Shown here one piece after another: positions 54,093 to 62,971 of a DNA stretch of 64,000 nt. Both the position numbers and the translations under genes were made by a program. Below the pieces are notes generated by a model. The model made no database searches, was not told the origin of the DNA, and was given only the letters and a program-made list of their open reading frames with translations. This stretch comes from Dehalococcoidia bacterium (GTDB lineage Bacteria; Chloroflexota; Dehalococcoidia; Bin125): the NCBI GenBank assembly GCA_022822855.1, contig JAJDYG010000019.1, forward strand, positions 36,475 through 100,474, written 5' to 3'. How positions within the stretch are numbered: the stretch's first letter is position 1; each line of letters begins with the position of its first letter.

Positions 54093-54413
54093 TCCTTTGC
54101 GGTATTGCGATAGGCGTGGGTTGTTCTGTCCTGCGTCGAATTGCGCCAACGTGGATCATCTCGCTGAGACAGAAGTGTGCACACGCCCTAGCCCGATCCA
54201 ACAGCTCGATTGATCCTCGGGATCCGGGGGCGGTATTTGCTTGTGGATGTTTGAATCGAGAACTCCTGCAGTTTGGAGTTCGTGTCAGTCTCTCTCGGAT
54301 CGCGATAAACTGACAGCCAGCCAGACGCTTATGACCCTGTGTTGAGTCCGCATCCCGTTTCCAGTCCCAGCCTGTTCACTTAGACCGACCGCTAGCCGAA
54401 GAATCGATTTGAC

Positions 54414-55682
54414 ATGGTTTTGCACCACCCTGACTCCGAACCCCAAACACCTCGCGGACACTACGTGTTCGTCGATGGCCCCTCGATTGATGGCACGCTG
54501 GGCCGAGTGATCGGCCAGCCGCCCGGTCCGGACACGCGACCGGACTGGCGGCGTCTCGAGACGTTCGTCAAGCAGCATTGCGGCCCCGCTCCCTACGAAG
54601 CGACGTTCGTCTTCTGGGCGCCGGGACAGCAGGGATTCATGCACTTCCTGCGCACCTCGGGATTCATGATCGCGCTGGGCGACCGCTTCGTCCCTGGCCA
54701 GAGCTGCGCCGATCTGATTCGCGAGCGGATCGCGAGGCTCAACCAGGCTGCCGACGAAACCCAACCCTGGCAAGTCATCGTCGGCACCCACAATCCCGAT
54801 CTGATCGCCGAACTGCCAGAACTGGCCGACATGGCCGAGCGGATTACGGTGTTCGGATTCTCGGAATTCTTGCCGGACGCCCCGGAGCTCGAGGAGCAGA
54901 TCGATTTCTACGACATCGAGGACGACGCCCGGCTGTTTCGATCGCAGCTTCCGCGCGTCGAGTTCGACGACGACCTCGACGAAGCCCCGGACGGTCTGCC
55001 CGAGCCCGGTTACCAGCCTCCGCTGGTCGACCCGCCCGCCCTTGAGCCGGCTCCGCTGCGCACATTCGCGCCCCGCCCTCCTCGCCCAGTAGGTGATGTC
55101 AGAGAGCTCTACCTGGTCGTTGACGGCCGAAGCATCGAGAAGGAACTCGGCGAGATCCTCGGTGAGAAGCCCAACCCGGGAACGCGTCCGGACTGGGGTA
55201 CGGTGCTCGACTTCGCCCGCTCCCAGTCTCAATCCCCGGACGGCGACGTGAAGGCGCTCTTCGCCCACATCGCCCCAGGTCACGCCGGATTCCGCCGGGC
55301 GCTGAAGGACCTGGGCTACACCTCCAGCCCTGTTCGACCCGACGACACACAGCCAATGCGGCCCGTCGTCGAAGAGTTCATTTGCGGTTTGCTTGGAGCT
55401 CGCGCCTTACGCGGCGAGGCCGGCGATGATCCAGCCCCGGACATCATTGTGATCGGCCACGGCCAGCCGATCTTCGATGCGCTGAGCGACATTCCCGATC
55501 GCGGACAACGTCTGTGCGCGCTCGGCTTCCCCGAGCGGATGCCGGCGACCGAGTTCTATCCCCGCGTCGAGCAGCTTGATCTCGAGCGGGACGCCCAGGC
55601 GTTCGGAGCCGAGTTGCCCAGGGAGTTCGGCGTCGATGTCGACGACTTCGACCCCGACGAAGAACTCTCGCGCCTGTTCTGA
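54414..55682 (+). CDS. Protein with two tandem NYN/LabA-like (PIN-fold) domains
   Basis: Internal duplication: YVFVDGPSIDGTLGRVIGQPPGPDTRPDWRRLETFVKQ versus YLVVDGRSIEKELGEILGEKPNPGTRPDWGTVLDFARSQ. Each half has a Vx(V/F)VDG..I start as in NYN domains. Confidence 0.4.
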   Translation: MVLHHPDSEPQTPRGHYVFVDGPSIDGTLGRVIGQPPGPDTRPDWRRLETFVKQHCGPAPYEATFVFWAPGQQGFMHFLRTSGFMIALGDRFVPGQSCADLIRERIARLNQAADETQPWQVIVGTHNPDLIAELPELADMAERITVFGFSEFLPDAPELEEQIDFYDIEDDARLFRSQLPRVEFDDDLDEAPDGLPEPGYQPPLVDPPALEPAPLRTFAPRPPRPVGDVRELYLVVDGRSIEKELGEILGEKPNPGTRPDWGTVLDFARSQSQSPDGDVKALFAHIAPGHAGFRRALKDLGYTSSPVRPDDTQPMRPVVEEFICGLLGARALRGEAGDDPAPDIIVIGHGQPIFDALSDIPDRGQRLCALGFPERMPATEFYPRVEQLDLERDAQAFGAELPREFGVDVDDFDPDEELSRLF

Positions 55683-55691
55683 ATCGGCCGA

Positions 55692-56846
55692 CTACAGGTC
55701 GAACGGCAACAGACTGCCGATCCCGAACGTCACCGCGGCGGCGAGGATGCCGACGAACACCGATCGGCTCGCCGAGTACAGCGGGTTGCGGCTCGTCACG
55801 AGAGACGTGAACAGGCCCGCGACCGCCAGCGCGGCCACGCTGCCGATCACTCCGGCGATCAGCGCCCAGTAGTCGACGCTCCAGCCGGCGGCGTGCCAGA
55901 CCAGGAACGGAACGAGTGGAATCAGCGCCCCCAATGAGAACGAGGCGAACGAGCTGATCGCCGCTCGCCACGGATCGCCAAGCTGCTCGGGGTCGAGTCC
56001 CAGTTCCTCGCGAACCATCGTGTCGACCAGCGCATCAGGTTTCTTGGACAGTTCCGTCGCCACCTGCTCAGCCAGCTCTTCCGACAACCCCTTGGCCCGG
56101 TAGATGCTGACCAGCTCGCGGCGTTCCTCGGCCGGATCGAGCAGAACTTCGTCCCGCTCCATCGCGATCTGCTTCTGCAGCACCTCCGACTGTCCGCGCA
56201 CGGAGATGTACTCGCCGGCGGCCATCGAGAAGGCCCCTGCCAGCCACCCGCCGATTCCCGCGACCAGCACCGCTTCCGAACCAATCGCCACGCCGGCGAC
56301 GCCGGCAATCAGTGCCAGGTTCGACACGATGCCGTCGTTGAGTCCAAACAGCGCAGCGCGAAACGTCGATGCACCCTGAGAGCCGACGCCGGCATGCCCT
56401 TCTCCGACCGCGCCCACGGCGCCGAACTGCGTGCCGAGCTCGGCCAGCGTCGCGCGGTGTTCGCGCTCTTCCTCAGCGAGGTCGCCGGAGTCCGGGTCCA
56501 GGACATATTTCTGGATATCGACCAGCTCCTCGCGCCGGAGCTGCGAAATCACGAAGCCAAGCCCCCAGAACCGGGCCTGAAAAGCCATCAGCCGCACGCG
56601 CAGCGACGGTCGATGGACGTCGGTCGGGAACCGTTCGTCGCCCAGCAGCCGGACCCAATGAGTGGCGTGCCGCAGTTCCGACTCGGCCATCGCGCTGAGC
56701 ATCGCAGCCGACTGGCCCTCGCTCATCCCCGCGAGCCGATCGTAAAGCCAGGCCGCGTCGAGCTCGTCGCCGATCATTTCGCGCAGCCGCGCGCGGCGCT
56801 CGTCGGTCAGCGGGACATGTGCCTGGGGCGGATCCATCGTGGTCAT
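55692..56846 (-). CDS. mbfA: Ferritin-like (rubrerythrin/Er) domain fused to VIT1/CCC1 iron-manganese transporter domain (MbfA-like)
   Basis: N-terminal ELRHATHWVRLL-type diiron helix pair. C-terminal VIT1 pattern (LFGLNDGIVSNLALIAGVAG ... five TM helices). Confidence 0.5.
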   Translation of the reverse strand: MTTMDPPQAHVPLTDERRARLREMIGDELDAAWLYDRLAGMSEGQSAAMLSAMAESELRHATHWVRLLGDERFPTDVHRPSLRVRLMAFQARFWGLGFVISQLRREELVDIQKYVLDPDSGDLAEEEREHRATLAELGTQFGAVGAVGEGHAGVGSQGASTFRAALFGLNDGIVSNLALIAGVAGVAIGSEAVLVAGIGGWLAGAFSMAAGEYISVRGQSEVLQKQIAMERDEVLLDPAEERRELVSIYRAKGLSEELAEQVATELSKKPDALVDTMVREELGLDPEQLGDPWRAAISSFASFSLGALIPLVPFLVWHAAGWSVDYWALIAGVIGSVAALAVAGLFTSLVTSRNPLYSASRSVFVGILAAAVTFGIGSLLPFDL

Positions 56847-56948
56847 TGGGCCAGTGTATCCCGCGATACGGGGCATCCATCTCGATGCGCGATGATCGAA
56901 ACACACAGAAACAGGTACAACCCGTACACCGACATCGGAGCCGCCGCC

Positions 56949-57818
56949 ATGCTCAAGTTGGGACTGCCCAAGGGATCGCTCGAAACCCCGACCTTCGACC
57001 TCTTCCGGCGCGCCGGCTTCCATGTATCCGTCAACTCGAGATCCTATTTTCCGCAGATCGACGACGAATCGATCACCTGCACGATGTTCCGAGCCCAGGA
57101 AATGGCCCGATACGTCGAGGACGGCGTCGTCGATGTGGGCATCACCGGCCACGACTGGGTCGTCGAGACCGGGGCCGATGTCGTCGAGGTCGCGGAGATG
57201 ACCTACAGCAAAGCGACCAGCCGCCCCGCTCGCTGGGTGCTGGCCGTGCCCGCGGAGTCCGAGGTGCAGGAGGTCGAACAACTGGAGGGCGGCGTCATTG
57301 CGACCGAACTGGTGCGAACGACGCGCGAGTACTTCGAGCAGCGAGGCATCGATGTCCGCGTCGAATTCAGTTGGGGCGCCACCGAGGTGAAGGCCCGAAT
57401 CATCGACGCAATCGTCGACGTCACCGAGACCGGCTCCTCGCTGCGAGCCAACAACCTGCGGGTGATTGCCGAGGTCTTGCAGAGCACCGCCCGCCTGGTC
57501 GCCAACCGCGACGCCTGGAACGACCCGGCCCGGCGGGAAAAGATCGAAGCGATCAACACCCTGCTCCAGGGCGCGATCACGGCAACGACCAAGGTCGGCC
57601 TGAAGCTCAATACACCCCGCTCAAGCCTGGAAGACGTGCTCGCCGTGATTGGCAAATTCGGCGAGCACGCCCCCACGATCAGCCCACTGATCGACGACTC
57701 ATGGGTTGCGCTGGAGATCATTCTCGATGAGAGACAGGAGCGTGAGATGATCCCCGAACTGCGCCGAGCCGGCGCCAGCGGCCTGGTTTCCTACCCGCTG
57801 AACAAGGTCATCTCGTGA
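56949..57818 (+). CDS. hisG: ATP phosphoribosyltransferase, long form
   Basis: MLKLGLPKGSL ... DVGITGHDWV ... VTETGSSLRANNL, plus a C-terminal regulatory domain. Confidence 0.7.
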   Translation: MLKLGLPKGSLETPTFDLFRRAGFHVSVNSRSYFPQIDDESITCTMFRAQEMARYVEDGVVDVGITGHDWVVETGADVVEVAEMTYSKATSRPARWVLAVPAESEVQEVEQLEGGVIATELVRTTREYFEQRGIDVRVEFSWGATEVKARIIDAIVDVTETGSSLRANNLRVIAEVLQSTARLVANRDAWNDPARREKIEAINTLLQGAITATTKVGLKLNTPRSSLEDVLAVIGKFGEHAPTISPLIDDSWVALEIILDERQEREMIPELRRAGASGLVSYPLNKVIS

Positions 57819-60299
57819 CGTCGCCGTTCCGCTCTCCAGCGCGCCGCTGATTAGCCACGCGTCGACGGGCGCATCCTCGGGCACGATCCATCGCGACGTG
57901 TCCGCCAGACTGGCGCCCGACGGCACGTAGCTCGCCTGGACCAGACCGTTGGCCAACCGCCGGGCATGAACGCGTCCGATCTCTTCACCGTCGTGACTGA
58001 CCGGTCCGCTTCTCAGCCATCGTCCAACCGTCGCATCAACCGGCAGCCGTCCCGCGGGTCGCGATCGTTCGCCATCGGACAGATCGACGGCGAACTGCAC
58101 ACGTCCGTCCTCGAGGACGCGGGCCAGCAGTCTGACACCCACCACCTGCGGCGCCTCAACTGGCTGTTCGGCGACCTCCGGAGTTGGGATCATCGGATTG
58201 GCGGAGAGATCGAGGCCGCTGAGCAACAGATCATGATCGTTGCTAGCCTCGGCTGCGCCGCAGTACGCGCGATCGAGCATCAGTCCGTAAACCGGTGAGA
58301 GCTCGCGCAGCGCTCCATCGCCGAACGACAGCGCGCCGCCGTCGACGCCGCAATCGAGCGCATCGCTGAATGCAGCCAGCGCTGCAGAGACTTCGGGATC
58401 ATCCCAGCCGTCCGCGGCGTCTCGCTTGGTCAGCACCAGCGCGGCGGCGTCGACCAATCGAGCGTCGACATGCAAGGCAGCGGCGAGGCCCGCGTGAACC
58501 TGTAACGCCTCGCTGGATGAGATCACGCGGCTCTGTTCCGTCAGCTCGGTCCAGTCCCTGTTGAACTGTTCGATCCGCCGCGCGGCGGCGCGACCGGCGC
58601 GGACCACGATCTCTTCGGCCGCATCTGCGCTCTGGAACTGTTGCTGGTCGAAGCCCCTGTCGACGAGCGTCTCGCTGTGCGAGGCGCGAAGCGCGCCGAC
58701 CAGTGCATCCAGCGTCGGAGCCGATGCGCCTGGCGCCCCTGACAGTGGCAGGCCGCCTCGCGGGACCCGCGCGTAGAGGGACTCGGTCAGCGCCTGCAGT
58801 GTTGTGATCGTCGGGGCGAGGTCGGCCAGCACCTGGGTCCGAACGCCGGCTGCGTAAATCGCACGAGCGAGGATCTCAGGTGCAAGCTCTTCCTGCTCGT
58901 CCTCGGTCGATTCCTCGGTCTCTTCATCAGCCGCGAGCGGTGCGTCGTCCTCGTCCGCGACCGGCGTGACGTCGGTCGTGACCTCGCCTTGTGCGTCGGC
59001 CACCGCGGCGACGGTGTACTCGAGATCCTCGACGCTGACCGTAACCGGCTCGAACTCGAAGCCGCTGAGCACCATGATCGGCCGGGTCAGCCAGTGAGTG
59101 GCCAGGGTATCGAAGTCGTCATTGATGACCTGGAGATCAAGCATCACGTCGGTCGGTCCGGTGCGCCACCTGAACAGACCGTCAAACGGTTGCAACTGTG
59201 GCAATGTCCGGCTTCCGAAGGCCTGCAAGTGTTCGCTGGTGTGATAGGAAGCGCCGACACCCCAGAGCTCAGTCTCTCCGTCGGCGGCGTCGATCCATGG
59301 GGTTGTCCAGTTGTCGATGTAGGGCCAACGGACACGCACCCGCAGCCGGGCGTTGGCGTCCAGTGCAGTGACGGGCTCGTCACCCAGATTGCCGATCCGA
59401 TAGTCGATCCGGAAGGGCACACCACGGACGACCCGCTCGGGCGCGTCGAGCGCTTCCAGCTTGACGATTGGTCCGTATTCATCCGATGCGATGGTGAGTT
59501 CGAACTCGCTGGTGATCAGGCCCTTGAGGTCGCGATCGCCCCAGTTCGTCGCCTCGATCGTGTAGCTGCCGGCGCCGAGGAATCGCTCGATCCGGGAGTT
59601 CAGGCCAACGCCACCGTCGTCGTCGGACTCGAGCAGCGCCCCGCTGTGGTCCAGCAGATAGACAAACGCATCCGCGAGATCCGAGGTCAGATCGATCTGA
59701 ACGCGGCGGGTCTCGGTCAACTCGAAGCGGTAGCGCTGCCCGGCGCGATCCGCCCGGTAGTCGGACTCGCATCCGAAGTGCGACCATTCGCCGGTGGCGC
59801 TCAGCGTGTCGACGAGCACGCCCAAGTCGACGACGTCAAGACAACCCTCGATGACCCGAACGGAGAGCTCGAAAGAGCCAACCTCGCGGCCGGACCAACC
59901 CAGCGCGCCGGCTTCAATCTGGTAAACGCCAGCGGGAAGTTCGCGCTCAATGCGCGCGTTGACGCCCCCGCCGGTGTCGTCGTCGGCGTCCAGCAGCCGG
60001 CCATCCTCGGCCTGCAGATAGACAATGGTGTCCCGCTCAGGCGATGTCAGGTCGATCCGCACCTCAGCCTCTTCGGCGAGCGAGAAGAGGAATCGCTGGC
60101 CCGACCGGTTGTCAAGAAATTGCGACCGGTCGCACTCGCCGTCCGACCATGTGCCCGCGACGGTCAGGATGCTGCTCAGCACACCAAGGTCGGTCGGAGG
60201 CGGGCAATCTGGAGATTCGTCCTGAGCTCGTATCGAACCCCAGGCGGCGGTGGTTCCAAGCAGCAGAATCATGACGACGAGGACTTTGACCATTCGCAT
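57699..60299 (-). CDS. Large secreted protein with three PPC (pre-peptidase C-terminal)-like repeats and a long acidic/Ala-rich C-terminal region
   Basis: Signal peptide MRMVKVLVVMILLLGTTAAWG. A ~110-aa unit repeats three times (DxxxxLLxxDDDxGGGxNxRIE..LxAGxYxIEA). Confidence 0.45.
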   Translation of the reverse strand: MRMVKVLVVMILLLGTTAAWGSIRAQDESPDCPPPTDLGVLSSILTVAGTWSDGECDRSQFLDNRSGQRFLFSLAEEAEVRIDLTSPERDTIVYLQAEDGRLLDADDDTGGGVNARIERELPAGVYQIEAGALGWSGREVGSFELSVRVIEGCLDVVDLGVLVDTLSATGEWSHFGCESDYRADRAGQRYRFELTETRRVQIDLTSDLADAFVYLLDHSGALLESDDDGGVGLNSRIERFLGAGSYTIEATNWGDRDLKGLITSEFELTIASDEYGPIVKLEALDAPERVVRGVPFRIDYRIGNLGDEPVTALDANARLRVRVRWPYIDNWTTPWIDAADGETELWGVGASYHTSEHLQAFGSRTLPQLQPFDGLFRWRTGPTDVMLDLQVINDDFDTLATHWLTRPIMVLSGFEFEPVTVSVEDLEYTVAAVADAQGEVTTDVTPVADEDDAPLAADEETEESTEDEQEELAPEILARAIYAAGVRTQVLADLAPTITTLQALTESLYARVPRGGLPLSGAPGASAPTLDALVGALRASHSETLVDRGFDQQQFQSADAAEEIVVRAGRAAARRIEQFNRDWTELTEQSRVISSSEALQVHAGLAAALHVDARLVDAAALVLTKRDAADGWDDPEVSAALAAFSDALDCGVDGGALSFGDGALRELSPVYGLMLDRAYCGAAEASNDHDLLLSGLDLSANPMIPTPEVAEQPVEAPQVVGVRLLARVLEDGRVQFAVDLSDGERSRPAGRLPVDATVGRWLRSGPVSHDGEEIGRVHARRLANGLVQASYVPSGASLADTSRWIVPEDAPVDAWLISGALESGTATSRDDLVQRVGNQAAGAGSAQFGDHLTLLSLIENDLQRNP

Positions 60300-60340
60300 A
60301 TGCACTTCCAAACCCCCAACCCTTATGTATGCTCACCATC

Positions 60341-61468
60341 TTATCCGTCACCCTCAATCTGCGGCTCGGAATCGATGGACGGAGGCTCCGCCCGGAAGCG
60401 CTCGGGAACCTCCAGCCGCGGATCACCGCTGCGGAAGTCGCTCCAGCAGTCGACCTGTCCCTCCGTCCTGATCGCGCACGCCGCCTGATCGCCGAACAGC
60501 CCGACATACCTGCGCGAGGCCGTCGTCTCGCGGTCGGGACCGCCTTCGTAGAGAAGTGTGAACGGGAGCCTCATGAAGCGATAGCGAATGTGCTGGGGCG
60601 GGCATCCGTCGTTGTCGACCGTGGGCACGGCGCACGTGTAGTACGCATGGAAGGTCTGGACGCATTCAAGTTGGCCATCGTCAAGGATTGCACAGCCCTG
60701 ATTACCCAAGATGTGCACGTTGCGAAAGAGCATTGTGAACGGTGGTGGAGGCCCGGGGCGAAGCGGGGCGCGATGGGTCAGACAAAACGCTTGGCCCGTA
60801 GCGATCACGCCGCAGACTCCGTTGCCGCTAGGGGTGATCTCGATGAACGGACCCGGCTCAAAGATCACCCGATCAAGCACGAGTTCGCCCCAGCAGGTGA
60901 GAGCCCCGTTGGTGTCTAATGCACAGAACCCACGCCCGGTGTTGATCAACTCAGTGAAGCCGGTCCCGCTTGGCGCGGAGCCATTGGACGACCCCAGGTC
61001 CCCCCAGCAGGCGATATCGCCGTCTCCGGATCTGGCGCAGGCGTAGTGCCGCCAGGGGTGGACCACCACCTGCACGAAATCGGAACGCTCAGAGGGAAGC
61101 ATCTGCGCCAGCCCACTTGCCTCGATATCAGCTTCGGGATCGCGGGCCAGGATGCGCTCGACGCTGGCTCGCACGTAGGCATAGCCCGCGCCCCAGCAGT
61201 TCACGCCGCCATCAGCGGTGATGGCACAGCCGTCGTTCGGGCCGAGGCTGACGTCGGTAAAGACGCCGGCCGGAACATCGCGGACGAGTGGGAGGTCGAA
61301 TCCCCAGCAAACGATCTCGCCGGCCTCCGTCAGCGCGCAGGCGGCAGTGGGGCCGATGCTGAACTGAACTGGTGTTTCAGCGCGCGCCATTCCCGGCAGG
61401 AGGAGGACGAACAGCACGGCGAAGGCCAGCACGAGGAGGCCGATGGCTGAAGCGAAGACGCGAGACAT
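60341..61468 (-). CDS. Secreted RCC1-like repeat (beta-propeller) protein, paralog 1
   Basis: Signal/TM N-terminus. Repeated ACALTEAGEIVCWG / GCAITADGGVNCWG / YACARSGDGDIACWG / FCALDTNGALTCWG blades. Confidence 0.45.
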   Translation of the reverse strand: MSRVFASAIGLLVLAFAVLFVLLLPGMARAETPVQFSIGPTAACALTEAGEIVCWGFDLPLVRDVPAGVFTDVSLGPNDGCAITADGGVNCWGAGYAYVRASVERILARDPEADIEASGLAQMLPSERSDFVQVVVHPWRHYACARSGDGDIACWGDLGSSNGSAPSGTGFTELINTGRGFCALDTNGALTCWGELVLDRVIFEPGPFIEITPSGNGVCGVIATGQAFCLTHRAPLRPGPPPPFTMLFRNVHILGNQGCAILDDGQLECVQTFHAYYTCAVPTVDNDGCPPQHIRYRFMRLPFTLLYEGGPDRETTASRRYVGLFGDQAACAIRTEGQVDCWSDFRSGDPRLEVPERFRAEPPSIDSEPQIEGDG

Positions 61469-61718
61469 ATGAGAAGACTAGTCGCGCCAGGTGGCCAGAG
61501 GAATCAGCTTGACGTCGGCCTCAAGGACCCACAGCCGCCCGCGAGCACCCACGTTCCAAGGTCGCCTCTGCTGGAGAGCAGCAGGCATCAACCCACAGCG
61601 ACTCGTTCAAGCAACCCTGGCAGATTTGGCCGAATCGGTTGCCCAAGACTCTCCTCAACAACCCGAACGCCTCCCTTTGCCAACCAGAGCGAGAGAGGAG
61701 GCGCGATGCGAACTGCTC

Positions 61719-62879
61719 TTAGCCACTCTCCTCGCTCGCGGGTTCATCATCGCCGGTCGCCTCCGGCTCTTGCGGCGCCTCTGGCTGGGGACGGAACCGT
61801 TCGGGGACGTCATGGCGCGGATCGCCGCGACGGAAATCGCTCCAACAGTCGATCTCTCCCTCGGCGGTGATCGCACACGCCGCCTGATCGCCGAACAGCC
61901 GGACATACCTGCGCGAGGCCGTCGTCTCGCGGTCGGGACCGCCTTCGTAGAGCGTCGTGAACGGGATATCCCACGACTGGAAGCGGATCAGCGCGGGAGG
62001 GCAATACTCGGCTTCCGGGTCGATCAGGTGATGGCACCAATGATGGGTTTGGCGGCATTGCAGCGAACCGACATCAGAGATCGCGCAGCCTTGCGCGCCG
62101 ATCACATGCACGTTGCGGAACACCTGCGCATACGACTGAGGCGGACCGGGCGCAGGCCGGGAGTCCCGAGTGCGGCAACGCACATCGCCCTCGGCGGTCA
62201 CGCCGCACAGTCCGTTGCCACTGGCGGCGATCCGCACGAACGGGCCAGCGTCGGAGATGTACCCGTCAAAGATCATGTCGCCCCAGCAGGTCGCGCTTCC
62301 ATCCGAGTCAAGCGTGCAGAATCCGCGCCCGGTGCTGATCAGATCCGTGAACCCGGTTCCGGTTGGAGCTGAGCCGCTGGACGGCGGCAGATCGCCCCAG
62401 CAGACGATCTCGCCCACGCTCGACCGAGCGCAGGCATAGTGCCGCCAGGGGTGGACGACGACCTGGACTAGGTCGTGGCGCTCCGAGGGAAGCAGTTGCG
62501 CCAACCCGCTCGCAGACAGGTCGGCCTCGGGATCGCGGGCCAGGATGCTCTCGATCTTGGCGCGCACGTAGGCATAACCGGAGCCCCAACAGACCACGCC
62601 GGACTCAGCGGTGACCGCGCAGCCGTCGTTGGGGCCGACGCTGAGATCGCTGAAGTTGCCTTCAGGAACGTCATAGACCAGGGGGCCAGGGAATCCCCAG
62701 CAGGCAATCTCACCGGCATCCGTGAGCGCGCAGACAGCAGTCGGGCCAATCACGATCTGAACCGGCGTCTCGGCGCGCGTCGGCGTAGCGCCGAAAATGG
62801 CGACGATGGCAGTGACGGCGATCAGAGACAGCACGACGACTGGCGCAACGGTCGGTCGTGAGAGCGAGGGCACAATCAT
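61719..62879 (-). CDS. Secreted RCC1-like repeat protein, paralog 2
   Basis: Same repeat pattern and order as paralog 1 (VCALTDAGEIACWG, GCAVTAESGVVCWG, YACARSSVGEIVCWG, FCTLDSDGSATCWG). Confidence 0.45.
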   Translation of the reverse strand: MIVPSLSRPTVAPVVVLSLIAVTAIVAIFGATPTRAETPVQIVIGPTAVCALTDAGEIACWGFPGPLVYDVPEGNFSDLSVGPNDGCAVTAESGVVCWGSGYAYVRAKIESILARDPEADLSASGLAQLLPSERHDLVQVVVHPWRHYACARSSVGEIVCWGDLPPSSGSAPTGTGFTDLISTGRGFCTLDSDGSATCWGDMIFDGYISDAGPFVRIAASGNGLCGVTAEGDVRCRTRDSRPAPGPPQSYAQVFRNVHVIGAQGCAISDVGSLQCRQTHHWCHHLIDPEAEYCPPALIRFQSWDIPFTTLYEGGPDRETTASRRYVRLFGDQAACAITAEGEIDCWSDFRRGDPRHDVPERFRPQPEAPQEPEATGDDEPASEESG

Positions 62880-62971
62880 TGGGCGGCATGCTAGGAGAAC
62901 GGAACCGCGCAAGACGCTCGGCTGGCGCCCCGCCGGCGGTGGGTTAGGATCGCAGTGACCGCGAACATCGA

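Noticed and set aside
56394-56948. Upstream extension of the hisG ORF
   Set aside because: It is antisense to the MbfA-like gene. The canonical HisG N-terminus MLKLGLPKGSL begins at 56949.
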